From positions 2,232,001 through 2,296,000 of the forward strand of contig CATNEN010000024.1 in assembly GCA_950097015.1 (NCBI GenBank): DNA of 64,000 nucleotides. Direction: 5' to 3'. The notes beneath the pieces are model-generated. The model saw only the letters and a list, made by a program, of their open reading frames with translations. It did not search any database and was not told the DNA's origin. A program made the position numbers and the translations under genes. Shown here piece after piece: positions 25,401 through 37,811 of this stretch; the first letter of the stretch is position 1; each line of letters starts with the position of its first letter. The stretch is from Macrostomum hystrix (taxonomy: Eukaryota > Animalia > Platyhelminthes).

Positions 25401-26499
25401 GTTGATTGCCGAGCGTCTCAAAAGTTTCACCTTCGTTTCTCTCAGATTTTTCACTCATCTCTTCTCTTTTCGTCCCTTCCTTTGCTAGTGAGTGATTAGA
25501 GATTTGGTCTGAAATGGTGAGGTGTGAGCGCATGACAGGAAAATATCCAAGCATGGCCATTACTATAAATTTGGTATATGACAATCGTGACAATTTGACA
25601 GGATGATAGAGTGACAGGGTGACAGGGTTATAGGATGATAGAGTGACGGGGTGACAGGATGATAGAGTGACAGGGTGACAGGGTGATAGAGTGACAGGGT
25701 GACAGGGTGATAGAGTGACAGGATGATAGAGTGACAGGATGATAGAGTGACAGGGTGACAGGGTGATAGAGTGACAGGATGATAGAGCGACAGGGTGACA
25801 GGATGATAGAGTGACAGGATGATAGAGTGACAGGGTGACAGGATGATAGAGTGACAGGGTGATAGAGTGACAGGATGATAGAGTGACAGGATGATAGAGT
25901 GACAGGATGATAGAGTGACAGGATGATAGAGTGACAGGGTGATAGAGTGACAGGGTGACAGGGTGATAGAGTGACAGGGTGACAGCTGGTGATAGAGTGA
26001 CAGTGTGACAGGGTGATAGAGTGACAGAGTGACAGGGTGACAGGATGACAGGGTGACAGGATGATAGAGTGACAGGTGACACAGTGACCGTCAGTGGGAC
26101 AGAAAGTGTGGCACATCGATGGCCTCAGCCTGACCTTCTCTCGCTGGAGTGTCGGGTCGCCGGACTGGCTTCACTTCGACAATGCGAGCTGCGGTTGCTG
26201 AGTTCGGCTGGCCGTTACGCTGCGGCTGCGAGGGCGGTGGCGACGGCGGTGATCGAGGCTTGTGGACTGCCTGCAGGAATTCAAATCAGTCTATGGGTGT
26301 GCTACATATTGCCTAATAGTGTTAGGCAATCGAGTCTACAGACCTCTGGCTTGAATGCTTTGTTAGTCTGGCCTCGGTGGGTGGCACCGGCTGTGACGGC
26401 GGCGGGGGCGGCGGCGGCGGTCGCGCTGGCGGGTTGGTCCGGGGGCACACTGGCTCTGACAGGCGATTGGGGTCCAACTGATGAGATGCAGCTGCCCAT
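16472..26499 (-). CDS. PDE1: Ca2+/calmodulin-dependent 3',5'-cyclic nucleotide phosphodiesterase 1, 634 aa, 15 coding exons: 26499-26344, 26270-26135, 25340-25184, 24831-24718, 24622-24443, 23826-23760, 23176-23057, 22962-22822, 21536-21310, 20397-20296, 18893-18773, 18289-18208, 17694-17566, 17466-17374, 16551-16472
   Basis: All junctions are GT-AG and in frame (1905 nt in total). PDE1 N-terminal motifs NLQYAVQVLEAVYADET and KPHFRSVANAIRAGIMVERIYRR; catalytic motifs NPYHNLVH, HDYEHTGTTN, HCADISHP, EEFFRQGDRE and SQVGFIDFI. Confidence 0.96.
16600..17365. repeat. 21-bp minisatellite filling the last PDE1 intron (CATTCCCTACACAACTGCCTG grading to CATTCCCTGCACAGCTCCCTG)
   Basis: Period 21; source of the CRECREL and AGNAGSC ORFs. 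Confidence 0.95.
18431..18737 (+). mobile_element. tRNA-headed SINE family A, (ATT)n tail, in a PDE1 intron
   Basis: A-box GTGGCAGAGCGGTCTAA, B-box-like GCTCGATTCC and (ATT)n tail; homologous to 23918-24220 and 57620-57976. Confidence 0.85.
20538..21283 (+). mobile_element. hAT (Charlie/Buster-like) MITE, copy 2, with expanded 16-bp minisatellite, in a PDE1 intron
   Basis: TAGGGGTCGGCAAAC...GTTTGCCGACCCTTG; exact 8-bp TSD ATTTAAAG; body is the reverse complement of copy 1. Confidence 0.92.
21625..22740. repeat. Compound 36-bp/33-bp minisatellite sharing ATAGCAACCA...TAGATAC, in a PDE1 intron
   Basis: Periods 36 (21664 and 21700) and 33 (22201 and 22234). Confidence 0.92.
23325..23535 (+). 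mobile_element. SINE family B body and tail
   Basis: GTCCTTTAGCAAGACACTTAACT...CACCCAGCTGTTAAATGGGTAC...GGACTGAACAGCCGTACG; relatives at 39140-39305 (+) and 55975-56075 (-). Confidence 0.7.
23918..24220 (+). mobile_element. SINE family A copy, 5'-truncated
   Basis: GGTCCCTGAGCTCGATTCCGCGGCGAGGCCACAT... ending in (ATT)n. Confidence 0.85.
24865..25176. repeat. 20-bp minisatellite (GGTGTCAGGGCAGGCAGTSG) filling a PDE1 intron
   Basis: Period 20. Confidence 0.95.
25585..26085. repeat. Irregular GTGACAGG/ATGATAGA short-unit array in a PDE1 intron
   Basis: Mixed 8- and 15/16-bp units. Confidence 0.9.
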
Positions 26500-27424
26500 G
26501 TGATTGGCACTCACTGTGAGTGACAAAGATTGCGAAAGACAAGAGCTACCGTTAGAGAATGCGCCGACTGGGGAAACGAAATTAATCCGACACGGATATT
26601 CCCAAAGGGGAGAATGTTTTTTAATGAATAAATCTTAGAGCGGCCTCACTTGAGGAGGCAACTCGAGAAATTGAGCAGTTGTTACCTGCAGCCGCTGTCC
26701 CTTCCTGGATGCTGGCTTGGCTGTGTGTCTTACGGTGTTGTCATGGCAACCGATTCGGTGCAGCTTCCCTAGCTTCGATTAGTTTAGAAGGAAAACAGAC
26801 TGCAGGACAGGGCGGCAGGGCACAGCTGGGGCGCGAGCAGGCGTTGCTGGGGGCAGACGGTAGACGGCAGGACAAGGCGAGGCCGAAATCCTAATTTCGC
26901 TGCTGTGCCCGGCTTTATCTCTCCCCGATGCTCCCGTCCGCCTCCCCCGATTTCCAAGCCTCTGCACCCGTCCCCATCCCCCAATCACCTCTAGTGGAAG
27001 CGCGCGGAGGCGGACTTCGCGGGATTCCGCCGAGCTTTCCCGTCTCATTCCCGTTCCGTGCCCCGCTGCTCAAATCTCCAGATTCGCACAGCGGGAAGAA
27101 ATCTGGCCGATGAAGGCTGCGGCGGCTGCGGCGGCGGCAGGCAGGTAAAGGAGAAACACAAAGGTAAGACAAGTGCGGCGTGACGGGCAGGAAGAAAGTA
27201 GACAAAAATATTCCTCTCTGCCTCCTCTCTCTCTGGCTGCGGGGCAGAGCCGGACTGGCGATCTGAATGCGAACTCAGCCCTAATAATGGGATGCGCCGA
27301 GCCCTGCCTCATTAGTTAAAATCCTCATCTTCTACGGCCCAGTGAATCTCCTGATGCTCGGCTGCTTTCGTAACGAAAAAATGATGATTGTCAAACTGCA
27401 TAATACCACCATTTATAGTTTCCA

Positions 27425-27870
27425 GCTGCCTCCTCTGCCTCCACTGCATCCTCTGTATCCTCTGCCTCCGCTGCATCCTCTGCATCCACTGCCTCCTCTG
27501 CATCCACTGCCTCCTCTGCATCCTCTGCATCCACTGCCTCCTCTGCATCCACTGCCTCCTCTGCCTCCACTGCATCCTCTGCATCCACTGCCTCCTCTGC
27601 CTCCACTGCATCCTCTGCCTCCTCTGCATCCTCTGCCTCCTCTGCATCCTCTGCATCCACTGCCTCCTCTGCCTCCACTGCATCCTCTGCCTCCTCTGCA
27701 TCCTCTGCCTCCTCTGCATCCTCTGCATCCACTGCCTCCTCTGCATCCACTGCCTCCTCTGCATCCACTACCTCCCCTGCATCCACTGCCTCCTCTGCAT
27801 CCACTGCCTCCTCTGCATCCACTACCTCCCCTGCCTCCCCTGCCTCCTCTGCCTCCTCTGCCTCCAGAGT
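27425..27870. repeat. 9-bp-based array (CTGCCTCCT/CTGCATCCA)
   Basis: Open in several frames on both strands; no splice context found. Confidence 0.9.
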
Positions 27871-29035
27871 TAGGCCCCAGAAGTGTGAAAAATTATCCAT
27901 CGATCAAAACCTGGGCTATGTTCAGGGATCAATTTTTCAATGCAGTCTGGTTTTGATAATCAGTGATGGGTGTGGAGGTTAGCGCCCTCCCAAAGCGAAT
28001 ATAAAATATTTCCCCCAGCTGAAATAAATGTCCAGATACTTTCCAAGAAGTACAAAAAATTATATTTCAAGCGTGTCTTCATTTAGTATAATTTCTGTAC
28101 TCACATTTTGAAATATAATTATAACTTTTTTTACAAATCTACCTAATTTTAGGATTCCATTAAAGAGATTCGACACTTTGCAATAGCCAGTTACCAAGGG
28201 TTCAGGCTTCAGTCTAGCATGCAGCAAGCACTCTCCTCTTTGATGTAGCTGGCGATCTACTCGGCCGCTACCTGCTAATGAAGGAACTGACTCGGGCCGC
28301 TATAGGCAAAGTTCGCTTAATGGGACGGCTTTACCTGGCCTGCTTTGCGCAATCGGGTGCATCCTGTGCGAGCTAGTGTTTCTCGCGTTGCTATGGCATC
28401 CATCTCAAAACCAGTCAGTCTCACCTTGGCAAATTAGCCTCAGTCGGCCTTGCAAACAGGACAGGATCAGTATAATTGCTTGTCCCCTTCCAACTAATCC
28501 GCAGTGTGACTGGAAATCCCAAAATACTCAAACTAACTCGAGATCGACTTTGAACTATGTGTAGCAAACTGTGTTAATAACCTTCCTCCAAAAGTCTATG
28601 TGCTCAAATGAGGGAGTAAGAAATACTGCCGAACAAGCGTCTCGAGATCATTAAGGATTTTGACAACGCCGAATTTAGCAACGCGTATGAGAAATTAAAA
28701 ATAAGCTCGACAGTCTGCATGCGTGCCCATGAAGCCTGTGGGGCCACTGGAAACTAACACTCCGAGTTGAATTACAAACTTGGATTTCATCGAAGTCGAT
28801 GACAAATGGAAACATCTATGGGGACCGACGTTCAACGCACTATCGGCCGCTTTTTTGCGTCGATATTTGCGCAAAATAAGACTAATTTTGCGTCTTTTTT
28901 TCAACATTATTTTTTGGCTAACGAGCACTTTTTTGTTTCGCCGGATTTCTCCTGCTGCTCAGAAAGAGTCTGTCAGGGTCCAGGGTCTCGTTCAGTTTTA
29001 GAGCAGAACACAGTGGCGTAGCCAGCATTTTTTAT

Positions 29036-32000
29036 AGGGGGGCGCTACGACTAGGGGGGCGCTACGACTAGGGGGGCGCTACGACTAGGGGGGCGCTACG
29101 ACTAGGGGGGCGCTACGACTAGGGGGGCGCTACGACTAGGGGGGCGCTACGACTAGGGGGGCGCTACGACTAGGGGGGCGCTACGACTAGGGGGGCGCTA
29201 CGACTAGGGGGCGCTACGACTAGGGGGGCGCTACGACTAGGGGGGCGCTACGACTAGGGGGAAGCCACTACTAAGGGAAGCCACTACTAAGGGAAGCCAC
29301 TACTAAGGGGAAGCCACTACTAAGGGGAAGCCACTACTAAGGGGAAGCCACTACTAAGGGGAAGCCACTACTAAGGGGAAGCCACTACTAAGGGGAAGCC
29401 ACTAGTAATTGAGGAAGCCACTACTAAGGGGAAGCCACTACTAAGGGGAAGCCACTACTAAGGGAAGCCACTACTAAGGGAAGCCACTACTAAGGGGAAG
29501 CCACTACTAAGGGGAAGCCACTAGTAATTGAGGAAGCCACTACTAAGGGGAAGCCACTACTAAGGGGAAGCCACTACTAAGGGGAAGCCATTACTAAGGG
29601 AAGCCACTACTAAGGGGAAGCCACTACTAAGGGGAAGCCACTACTAAGGGGAAGCCACTACTAAGGGAAGCCACTACTAAGGGAAGCCACTACTAAGGGA
29701 AGCCACTACTAAGGGGAAGCCACTACTAAGGGAAGCCACTAGTAATTGAGGAAGCCACTACTAAGGGGAAGCCACTACTAAGGGGAAGCCACTACTAAGG
29801 GGAAGCCACTACTAAGGGGAAGCCACTACTAAGGGGAAGCCACTACTAAGGGGAAGCCACTACTAAGGGGAAGCCACTACTAAGGGGAAGCCACTACTAA
29901 GGGGAAGCCACTACTAAGGGGAAGCCACTAGTAATTGAGGAAGCCACTACTAAGGGGAAGCCACTAGTAATTGAGGAAGCCACTACTAAGGGGAAGCCAC
30001 TACTAAGGGGAAGCCACTACTAAGGGGAAGCCACTACTAAGGGGAAGCCACTAGTAATTGAGGAAGCCACTACTAAGGGGAAGCCACTACTAAGGGGAAG
30101 CCACTACTAAGGGGAAGCCACTACTAAGGGGAAGCCACTACTAAGGGGAAGCCACTACTAAGGGGAAGCCACTACTAAGGGGAAGCCACTACTAAGGGGA
30201 AGCCACTACTAAGGGGAAGCCACTACTAAGGGGAAGCCACTACTAAGGGGAAGCCACTACTAAGGGGAAGCCACTACTAAGGGGAAGCCACTACTAAGGG
30301 GAAGCCACTACTAAGGGGAAGCCACTAGTAATTGAGGAAGCCACTACTAAGGGGAAGCCACTACTAAGGGGAAGCCACTACTAAGGGAAGCCACTACTAA
30401 GGGAAGCCACTACTAAGGGGAAGCCACTACTAAGGGGAAGCCACTAGTAATTGAGGAAGCCACTACTAAGGGGAAGCCACTACTAAGGGGAAGCCACTAC
30501 TAAGGGGAAGCCATTACTAAGGGAAGCCACTACTAAGGGGAAGCCACTACTAAGGGGAAGCCACTACTAAGGGGAAGCCACTACTAAGGGAAGCCACTAC
30601 TAAGGGAAGCCACTACTAAGGGAAGCCACTACTAAGGGGAAGCCACTACTAAGGGGAAGCCACTAGTAATTGAGGAAGCCACTACTAAGGGGAAGCCACT
30701 ACTAAGGGGAAGCCACTACTAAGGGGAAGCCACTACTAAGGGGAAGCCACTACTAAGGGGAAGCCACTACTAAGGGGAAGCCACTACTAAGGGGAAGCCA
30801 CTACTAAGGGGAAGCCACTACTAAGGGGAAGCCACTAGTAATTGAGGAAGCCACTACTAAGGGGAAGCCACTAGTAATTGAGGAAGCCACTACTAAGGGG
30901 AAGCCACTACTAAGGGGAAGCCACTACTAAGGGGAAGCCACTACTAAGGGGAAGCCACTAGTAATTGAGGAAGCCACTACTAAGGGGAAGCCACTACTAA
31001 GGGGAAGCCACTACTAAGGGGAAGCCACTACTAAGGGGAAGCCACTACTAAGGGGAAGCCACTACTAAGGGGAAGCCACTACTAAGGGGAAGCCACTACT
31101 AAGGGGAAGCCACTACTAAGGGGAAGCCACTACTAAGGGAAGCCACTACTAAGGGAAGCCACTAGTAATTGAGGAAGCCACTACTAAGGGGAAGCCACTA
31201 CTAAGGGGAAGCCACTACTAAGGGGAAGCCACTACTAAGGGGAAGCCACTACTAAGGGGAAGCCACTACTAAGGGGAAGCCACTACTAAGGGGAAGCCAC
31301 TACTAAGGGGAAGCCACTACTAAGGGGAAGCCACTACTAAGGGGAAGCCACTACTAAGGGGAAGCCACTACTAAGGGAAGCCACTACTAAGGGGAAGCCA
31401 CTACTAAGGGAAGCCACTACTAAGGGAAGCCACTACTAAGGGGAAGCCACTACTAAGGGGAAGCCACTACTAAGGGGAAGCCACTACTAAGGGAAGCCAC
31501 TACTAAGGGAAGCCACTACTAAGGGAAGCCACTACTAAGGGAAGCCACTACTAAGGGGAAGCCACTACTAAGGGAAGCCACTACTAAGGGGAAGCCACTA
31601 CTAAGGGGAAGCCACTACTAAGGGGAAGCCACTAGTAATTGAGGAAGCCACTACTAAGGGGAAGCCACTACTAAGGGGAAGCCACTAATAAGGGAAGCCA
31701 CTACTAAGGGAAGCCACTACTAAGGGGAAGCCACTACTAAGGGGAAGCCACTAGTAATTGAGGAAGCCACTACTAAGGGGAAGCCACTACTAAGGGGAAG
31801 CCACTACTAAGGGGAAGCCACTACTAAGGGGAAGCCACTACTAAGGGGAAGCCACTACTAAGGGAAGCCACTACTAAGGGGAAGCCACTACTAAGGGGAA
31901 GCCACTACTAAGGGGAAGCCACTACTAAGGGGAAGCCACTACTAAGGGGAAGCCACTACTAAGGGGAAGCCACTACTAAGGGAAGCCACTACTAAGGGAA

Positions 32001-32810
32001 GCCACTACTAAGGGGAAGCCACTACTAAGGGGAAGCCACTACTAAGGGAAGCCACTACTAAGGGAAGCCACTACTAAGGGGAAGCCACTACTAAGGGGAA
32101 GCCACTAGTAATTGAGGAAGCCACTACTAAGGGGAAGCCACTACTAAGGGGAAGCCACTACTAAGGGGAAGCCACTACTAAGGGGAAGCCACTACTAAGG
32201 GGAAGCCACTGCTAAGGGAAGCCACTACTAGGGGGAAGCCACTACTAGGGGGAAGGCACTGCTAAGGGGAAGCCACTGCTAAGGGAAGACACTACTAAGG
32301 GAAGCCACTACTAGGGGGAAGCCACTACTAGGGGGAAGGCACTACTAAGGGGAAGCCCTTATAGTAGGGGGAAGCCACTACTAGGGGGAAGCCACTAGTA
32401 ATTTGGGAAGCCACTACTAAGGGAAGCCACTAGTAGGGGGAAGCCACTACTAGGGGGAAGCCACTAGTAATTGGGGAAGCCACTACTAAAAGGAAGCCAC
32501 TAGTAATTGGGGAAGCCACTACTAAGGGAAGCCACTAGTAATTGAGGAAGCCACTGCTAAGGGGAAGCCACTACTAAGGGAAGCCACTAGTAGGGGGAAG
32601 CCACTACTAGGGGGAAGCCACTAGTAATTGGGGAAGCCACTACTAAAAGGAAGCCACTAGTAATTGGGGAAGCCACTACTAAAAGGAAGCCACTAGTAAT
32701 TGGGGAAGCCACTACTAAGGGGAAGCCACTACTAGGGGGAAGCCACTACTAGGGGGAAGCCACTACTAGGGGGAAGCCACTACTAGGTTGAAGCCACTAC
32801 TAGGGGGGAG
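29036..32810. repeat. 3.8-kb G-rich 17-bp satellite: ACTAGGGGGGCGCTACG (29036-29260), then AAGCCACTACTAAGGGG with 16- and 19-bp variants
   Basis: Direct reading; preceded by TIR-like CAGTGGCGTAGCCAG at 29011. Confidence 0.97.
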
Positions 32811-33229
32811 AGGCGCCCCTGGGAACATTTCTCAACGACTGCCCTTAGCTATAAATGTGTCTAATCAGGAAACCTCAACGAGAAAAATTCATATTTTACT
32901 AGTTATTTCCGTCACGAGACACTCTCGCTACGCATAGACTCGCAAAGAAGACACTGGGAGGTCGAAGCTGACATGCTGAGTCGTCAGCTGAAACTGAGAC
33001 GCTTACGCTTACTCAGACTAGTTCGCTTGCAGAGCAGGAAATTGAATAGTGAAATTCCCGGCACAACTGCGCTTAGAAATCCGGTTCGGGATAACGCTCA
33101 AACAGGCCAGATGACTTACTGAGAACTGTCAGAGCAATTCTCATCATTATGCCGCATTCGCAATACATTTGGCTGAACTTAGGCTCTCTGAACTGTATCT
33201 ATCATTGTTCTCCACTCGATCACAATTTC

Positions 33230-33880
33230 CTGCATCCATCACAATGTCCTCTATGCATCACGGTGGCACCCATCCATCTCAATGTCCTCTTTGCATCACA
33301 GTGACATACATCAATCACAAAGTCCTCAATCCATCACAATGTCCTCAATCCACCACAATGTCCTCAATCCATCACAATGTCTTCAATCCATCACAATGTC
33401 CTCAATCCACCACAATGTCCTCAATCCATCACAATGTCTTCAATCCATCACAATGTCCTCAATCCATCACAATGTCCTCAATCCATCACAATGTCTTCAA
33501 TCCATCACAATGTCCTCAATCCATCACAATGTCTTCAATCCACCACAATGTCCTCAATCCACCACAATGTCCTCAATCCATCACAATGTCTTCAATCCAT
33601 CACAATGTCCTCAATCCATCACAATGTCTTCAATCCATCACAATGTCTTCAATCCACCACAATGTCCTCAATCGATCACAATGTCCTCAATTCATCACAA
33701 TGTCCTCAATTCATCACAATGTCCTCAATCCATCACAATGTCCTCAATCCACTACAATGTCCTCAATCCACTACAATGTCCTACATACATTACAATGTCC
33801 TATATCCATTACAATGTCCTATATCCATTACAATGTCCTATATCCATTACAATGTCCTATATCCGTCATCAGGTCCTCTA
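33230..33880. repeat. 19-bp minisatellite (CAATCCATCACAATGTCCT)
   Basis: Period 19 with degenerate edges. Confidence 0.92.
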
Positions 33881-34529
33881 TCCATCATAACATTCTTTAT
33901 CTAGCAATGATAGGTCTTTTTACGCAAGTGGGGTCTAATTAACTACAAATAAGCTGAAGAATCCATAACCATAATGACACAATAATAGTACTGCAGCTAA
34001 GCCTACAATCATATTGAAGGGTCAGAAAAACAACAAAGTCAATTACGAAGAACAAAGCAAAGAAACAGTTTTGTAAATAGAAAGCATATTCGTATTTCTA
34101 CCACACGCAGGCGGCTAACAAGGTAGCAGTTAATCTCATTAAAAAGTTTTAATGAAACCAGCAAATTCCATGGTACTTACTATCATCAGTAGTAAGTATA
34201 TCAAACTGTAAACATTAATTTTTAAAGGAAGCTGCTGGCACGCGGCGACAGATTCAACGCTGATATAAAAAAAATAGCAGAGTATATATTCGATAGCTGA
34301 CATCGACAACCCGATCGATATTTTAATACCTAATAATCAATCAGACAAGAGGCTAAGAAACAGCAACGAGTAAAAAATATGCTAGAAACAGTCAACATTT
34401 GAAAACGCATAGCAGAAATTCATTTTTAAGTCCTTTCTAAACATTAAACAGCACAAATAATTTTATAAGAAACTTTCTGCTGAATATTACTGCTGAATCT
34501 GCCATTAATAAAACTTATTAATGCTTGCA

Positions 34530-35362
34530 CAATCATCCAACTGGGGATTTGAGAACTCGCTCAATCATCCAACTGGGGACTTGAGAACTCGCTCAATCAT
34601 CCAATTGGGGGCTTGAGAACTCGCTCAATCATCCAATTGGGGGCTTGAGAACTCGCTCAATCATCCAACTGGGGACTTGAGAACTCGCTCAATCATCCAA
34701 CTGGGGACTTGAGAACTCGCTCAATCATCCAACTGGGGATTTGAGAACTCGCTCAATCATCCAACTGGGGACTTGAGAACTCGCTCAATCATCCAATTGG
34801 GGGCTTGAGAACTCGCTCAATCATCCAACTGGGGATTTGAGAACTCGCTCAATCATCCAACTGGGGATTTGAGAACTCGCTCAATCATCCAACTGGGGAT
34901 TTGAGAACTCGCTCAATCATCCAACTGGGGATTTGAGAACTCGCTCAATCATCCAACTGGGGATTTGAGAACTTGCTCAATCATCCAACTGGGGACTTGA
35001 GAACTCGCTCAATCATCCAACTGGGGACTTGAGAACTCGCTCAATCATCCAACTGGGGACTTGAGAACTCGCTCAATCATCCAACTGGGGACTTGAGAAC
35101 TCGCTCAATCATCCAACTGGGGACTTGAGAACTCGCTCAATCATCCAACTGGGGACTTGAGAACTCGCTCAATCATCCAACTGGGGACTTGAGAACTCGC
35201 TCAATCATCCAACTGGGGATTTGAGAACTTGCTCAATCATCCAACTGGGGATTTGAGAACTTGCTCAATCATCCAACTGGGGACTTAAGAACTCGCTCAA
35301 TCATCCAACTGGGGACTTGAGAACTCGCTCAATCATCCAACTGGGGACTTGAGAACTCGTTC
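34530..35362. repeat. 32-bp minisatellite (CAATCATCCAACTGGGGACTTGAGAACTCGCT), ~26 copies
   Basis: Period 32 (34531, 34563, 34595). Confidence 0.95.
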
Positions 35363-36829
35363 AACCAATATAAATCAACAATAAAAAAATCAACAATTAA
35401 CAGTCAAATTCCTAATGCGCAATATAATGGAGCAAAGCCAAATATAAAGAAATACAGGTAGATTAAGTGCGTGCTTTGAATTGAGGAAGATAATTGACAT
35501 AGCACATGTACGCGTCGCATAAAAATAAATTGCGAAAATATGCGAATGAACAATGAACAATGAACAATGAACAAGGAGCAAATAAAAAACTTTGTGAAGT
35601 CGATTTAAAAAACACCATTTTATGCATGGGACTTTTAATTCAGGAAGATAAGAAACAAGTAAATTAAATGTAGATCAGAGAAATCATAAAGACAGGGTCC
35701 GTAGCAAAAGACGGCATTTTGTTAAAACGACCAGCAAACTCAGTTGCTAACGAAAAACAATATTTGTGATCATTGAGAGTAAAAACTGGGAAAAATAGTT
35801 ATTTGTTAAAATCGGCTTTCGTTTAAGTAATAAAGAAGTCTATTAATAAGCCATATTGAATGTATAAAATTTTAAAACGTGTTAAATGTGTTAAATGTGC
35901 TAAGGGTGGCAGTTGCCGCCCTTAACACATTCTTTTTTATCCTAATTTCCTGGTTTTGTTACACCAAATAATTTCCGTGTTTTGTTAATCGTAAAAATTT
36001 CCGGGTTTTTTAATTGATTTCCGTAGTTGCTTATTCAAAAATTTCCGTGTTTTGTATATTTAAATATTTTTCGGGTCCGCCAATTCGAAAATTTTCCGGG
36101 TTTTATTTATTTCTATAAGTTTCGTGTCTGCGGTTAGTTTATTGTACTCGAATATATATATGGTAAATATCACTATTGTTTCTGTTTCTCGTTATTACGA
36201 AAAATAGTTTTTTGCTACCTTAAACGAAAACGTTTGGTCTTGCGTTTATTCTAACTGTGTTCCCGTTCTTTATTGAAGAGTCCCGGAGTTTTGATGGTCC
36301 TATTCTCTTACCTATTGTTTCCAGGTTATTTAATTTAAAACCACAGTTACTTCTACCAATTTAATCTTAACAATATAAAATTAGAGAAAGTTATATAGCC
36401 AAAGAAATGTAATCAATAGTAAGCAGGTAAAAAAACTGAATCAGTGCTCGAGCGAAGAGGTTGAGAACTAGAAAAACGTTGTCCTACAACAAGAATGAAC
36501 AACCATTAAAACAGTCAAACAGTACTAATAAAGTTAGCAGTTGATAAAAGCTGGTCAGTTTTAAATTCAATTTGAGCACAAGCGGAAGAACAGTGATGGG
36601 GTAGTCAAGGAGCGCCAGTAAATGATACTAAAAATTTGGTGACTCTCTCTCAGTATTTTTGCGAATTAATATTAGCTAAAAATATTAGAAACATCAGAAA
36701 ATTTATTAGCTAAGTTTTTAAAAAAGCATATGATTTACTTGAAACTGGTAACCCGAGATTTCGAAATACTGAATCACAATTTCGAATCCATGAATAAAAT
36801 TCTGAAACCGTAATTCGAATTACTTAAAC

Positions 36830-37625
36830 GACAATTTCGAATTCTCAAACCAAAATTTCGATTTGTCAAACTGCAATTCCGAATTCTTAAGCCACAATTC
36901 CGAATTTTCAAGCCAGAATTCCGAATTCTTAAGCCAGAATTCCGAATTCTTAAGCCACAATCCCGAATTCTCAAACCAGAATTCCGAATTCTCAAACCGC
37001 ATTTCCGAATTCTCAAACCACAATTCCGAATTCTCAAACTGCAATTCCGAATTCTCAAACTGCAATTCCGAATTCTCAAACTGCAATTCCGAATTCTCAA
37101 ACTGCAATTCCGAATTCTTAAGCCAGAATTCTGAATTCTCAAACCGCATTTCCGAATTCTTAAGCCAGAATTCTGAATTCTCAAACCACATTTCCGAATT
37201 CTCAAACCGCATTTCCGAATTCTCAAACTGCAATTCCGAATTCTCAAACCGCAATTCCGAATTCTCAAACCACAATTCCGAATTCTCAAACCACAATTCC
37301 GAATTCTCAAACCACAATTCCGAATTCTCAAACCGCAATTCCGAATTCTCAAACTGCAATTCCGAATTCTCAAACTGCAATTCCGAATTCTCAAACCAGA
37401 ATTCCGAAATTTCAAACCGCAATTCCGAATTTTCAAACCGCAATTCCGAATTTTCAAACCGCAATTCCGAATTCTGAAACCACAATCCGAATTTTCAAAA
37501 CGAATTCCGAATTCTGAAACCACAATTCCGAATTTTCAAACCGCTATTCCAGATTCTTAAGCCACAATTCAGAATTCTCAAACCACAATTCCGAATTTTC
37601 AAACCGCAATTCCAAATTCTGCAAT
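36830..37625. repeat. 21-bp minisatellite (CAATTCCGAATTCTCAAACCG/CTG)
   Basis: Period 21. Confidence 0.93.
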
Positions 37626-37811
37626 TCTGAATCCGAAAAGAACAACTAAAAAAATGCAGAGTTTTAGTTTAAATTTCGGTTGCTTTAAAGAATAAATTGG
37701 ACAGAAAGTATTGAGATAGAAAAAAGATAGCAAACATATTTCAATTAATTTTCAGCATAAAAATATGGCAACAAGATTAATTAGAAAAATTAAAGAATTT
37801 AAATTTACGAA

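Noticed and set aside
27100-27150. Plus-strand ATG and donor (GCAG|gtaaag) suggesting a gene divergent from PDE1
   Set aside because: Only poly-Ala codons and no downstream partner exon were found.
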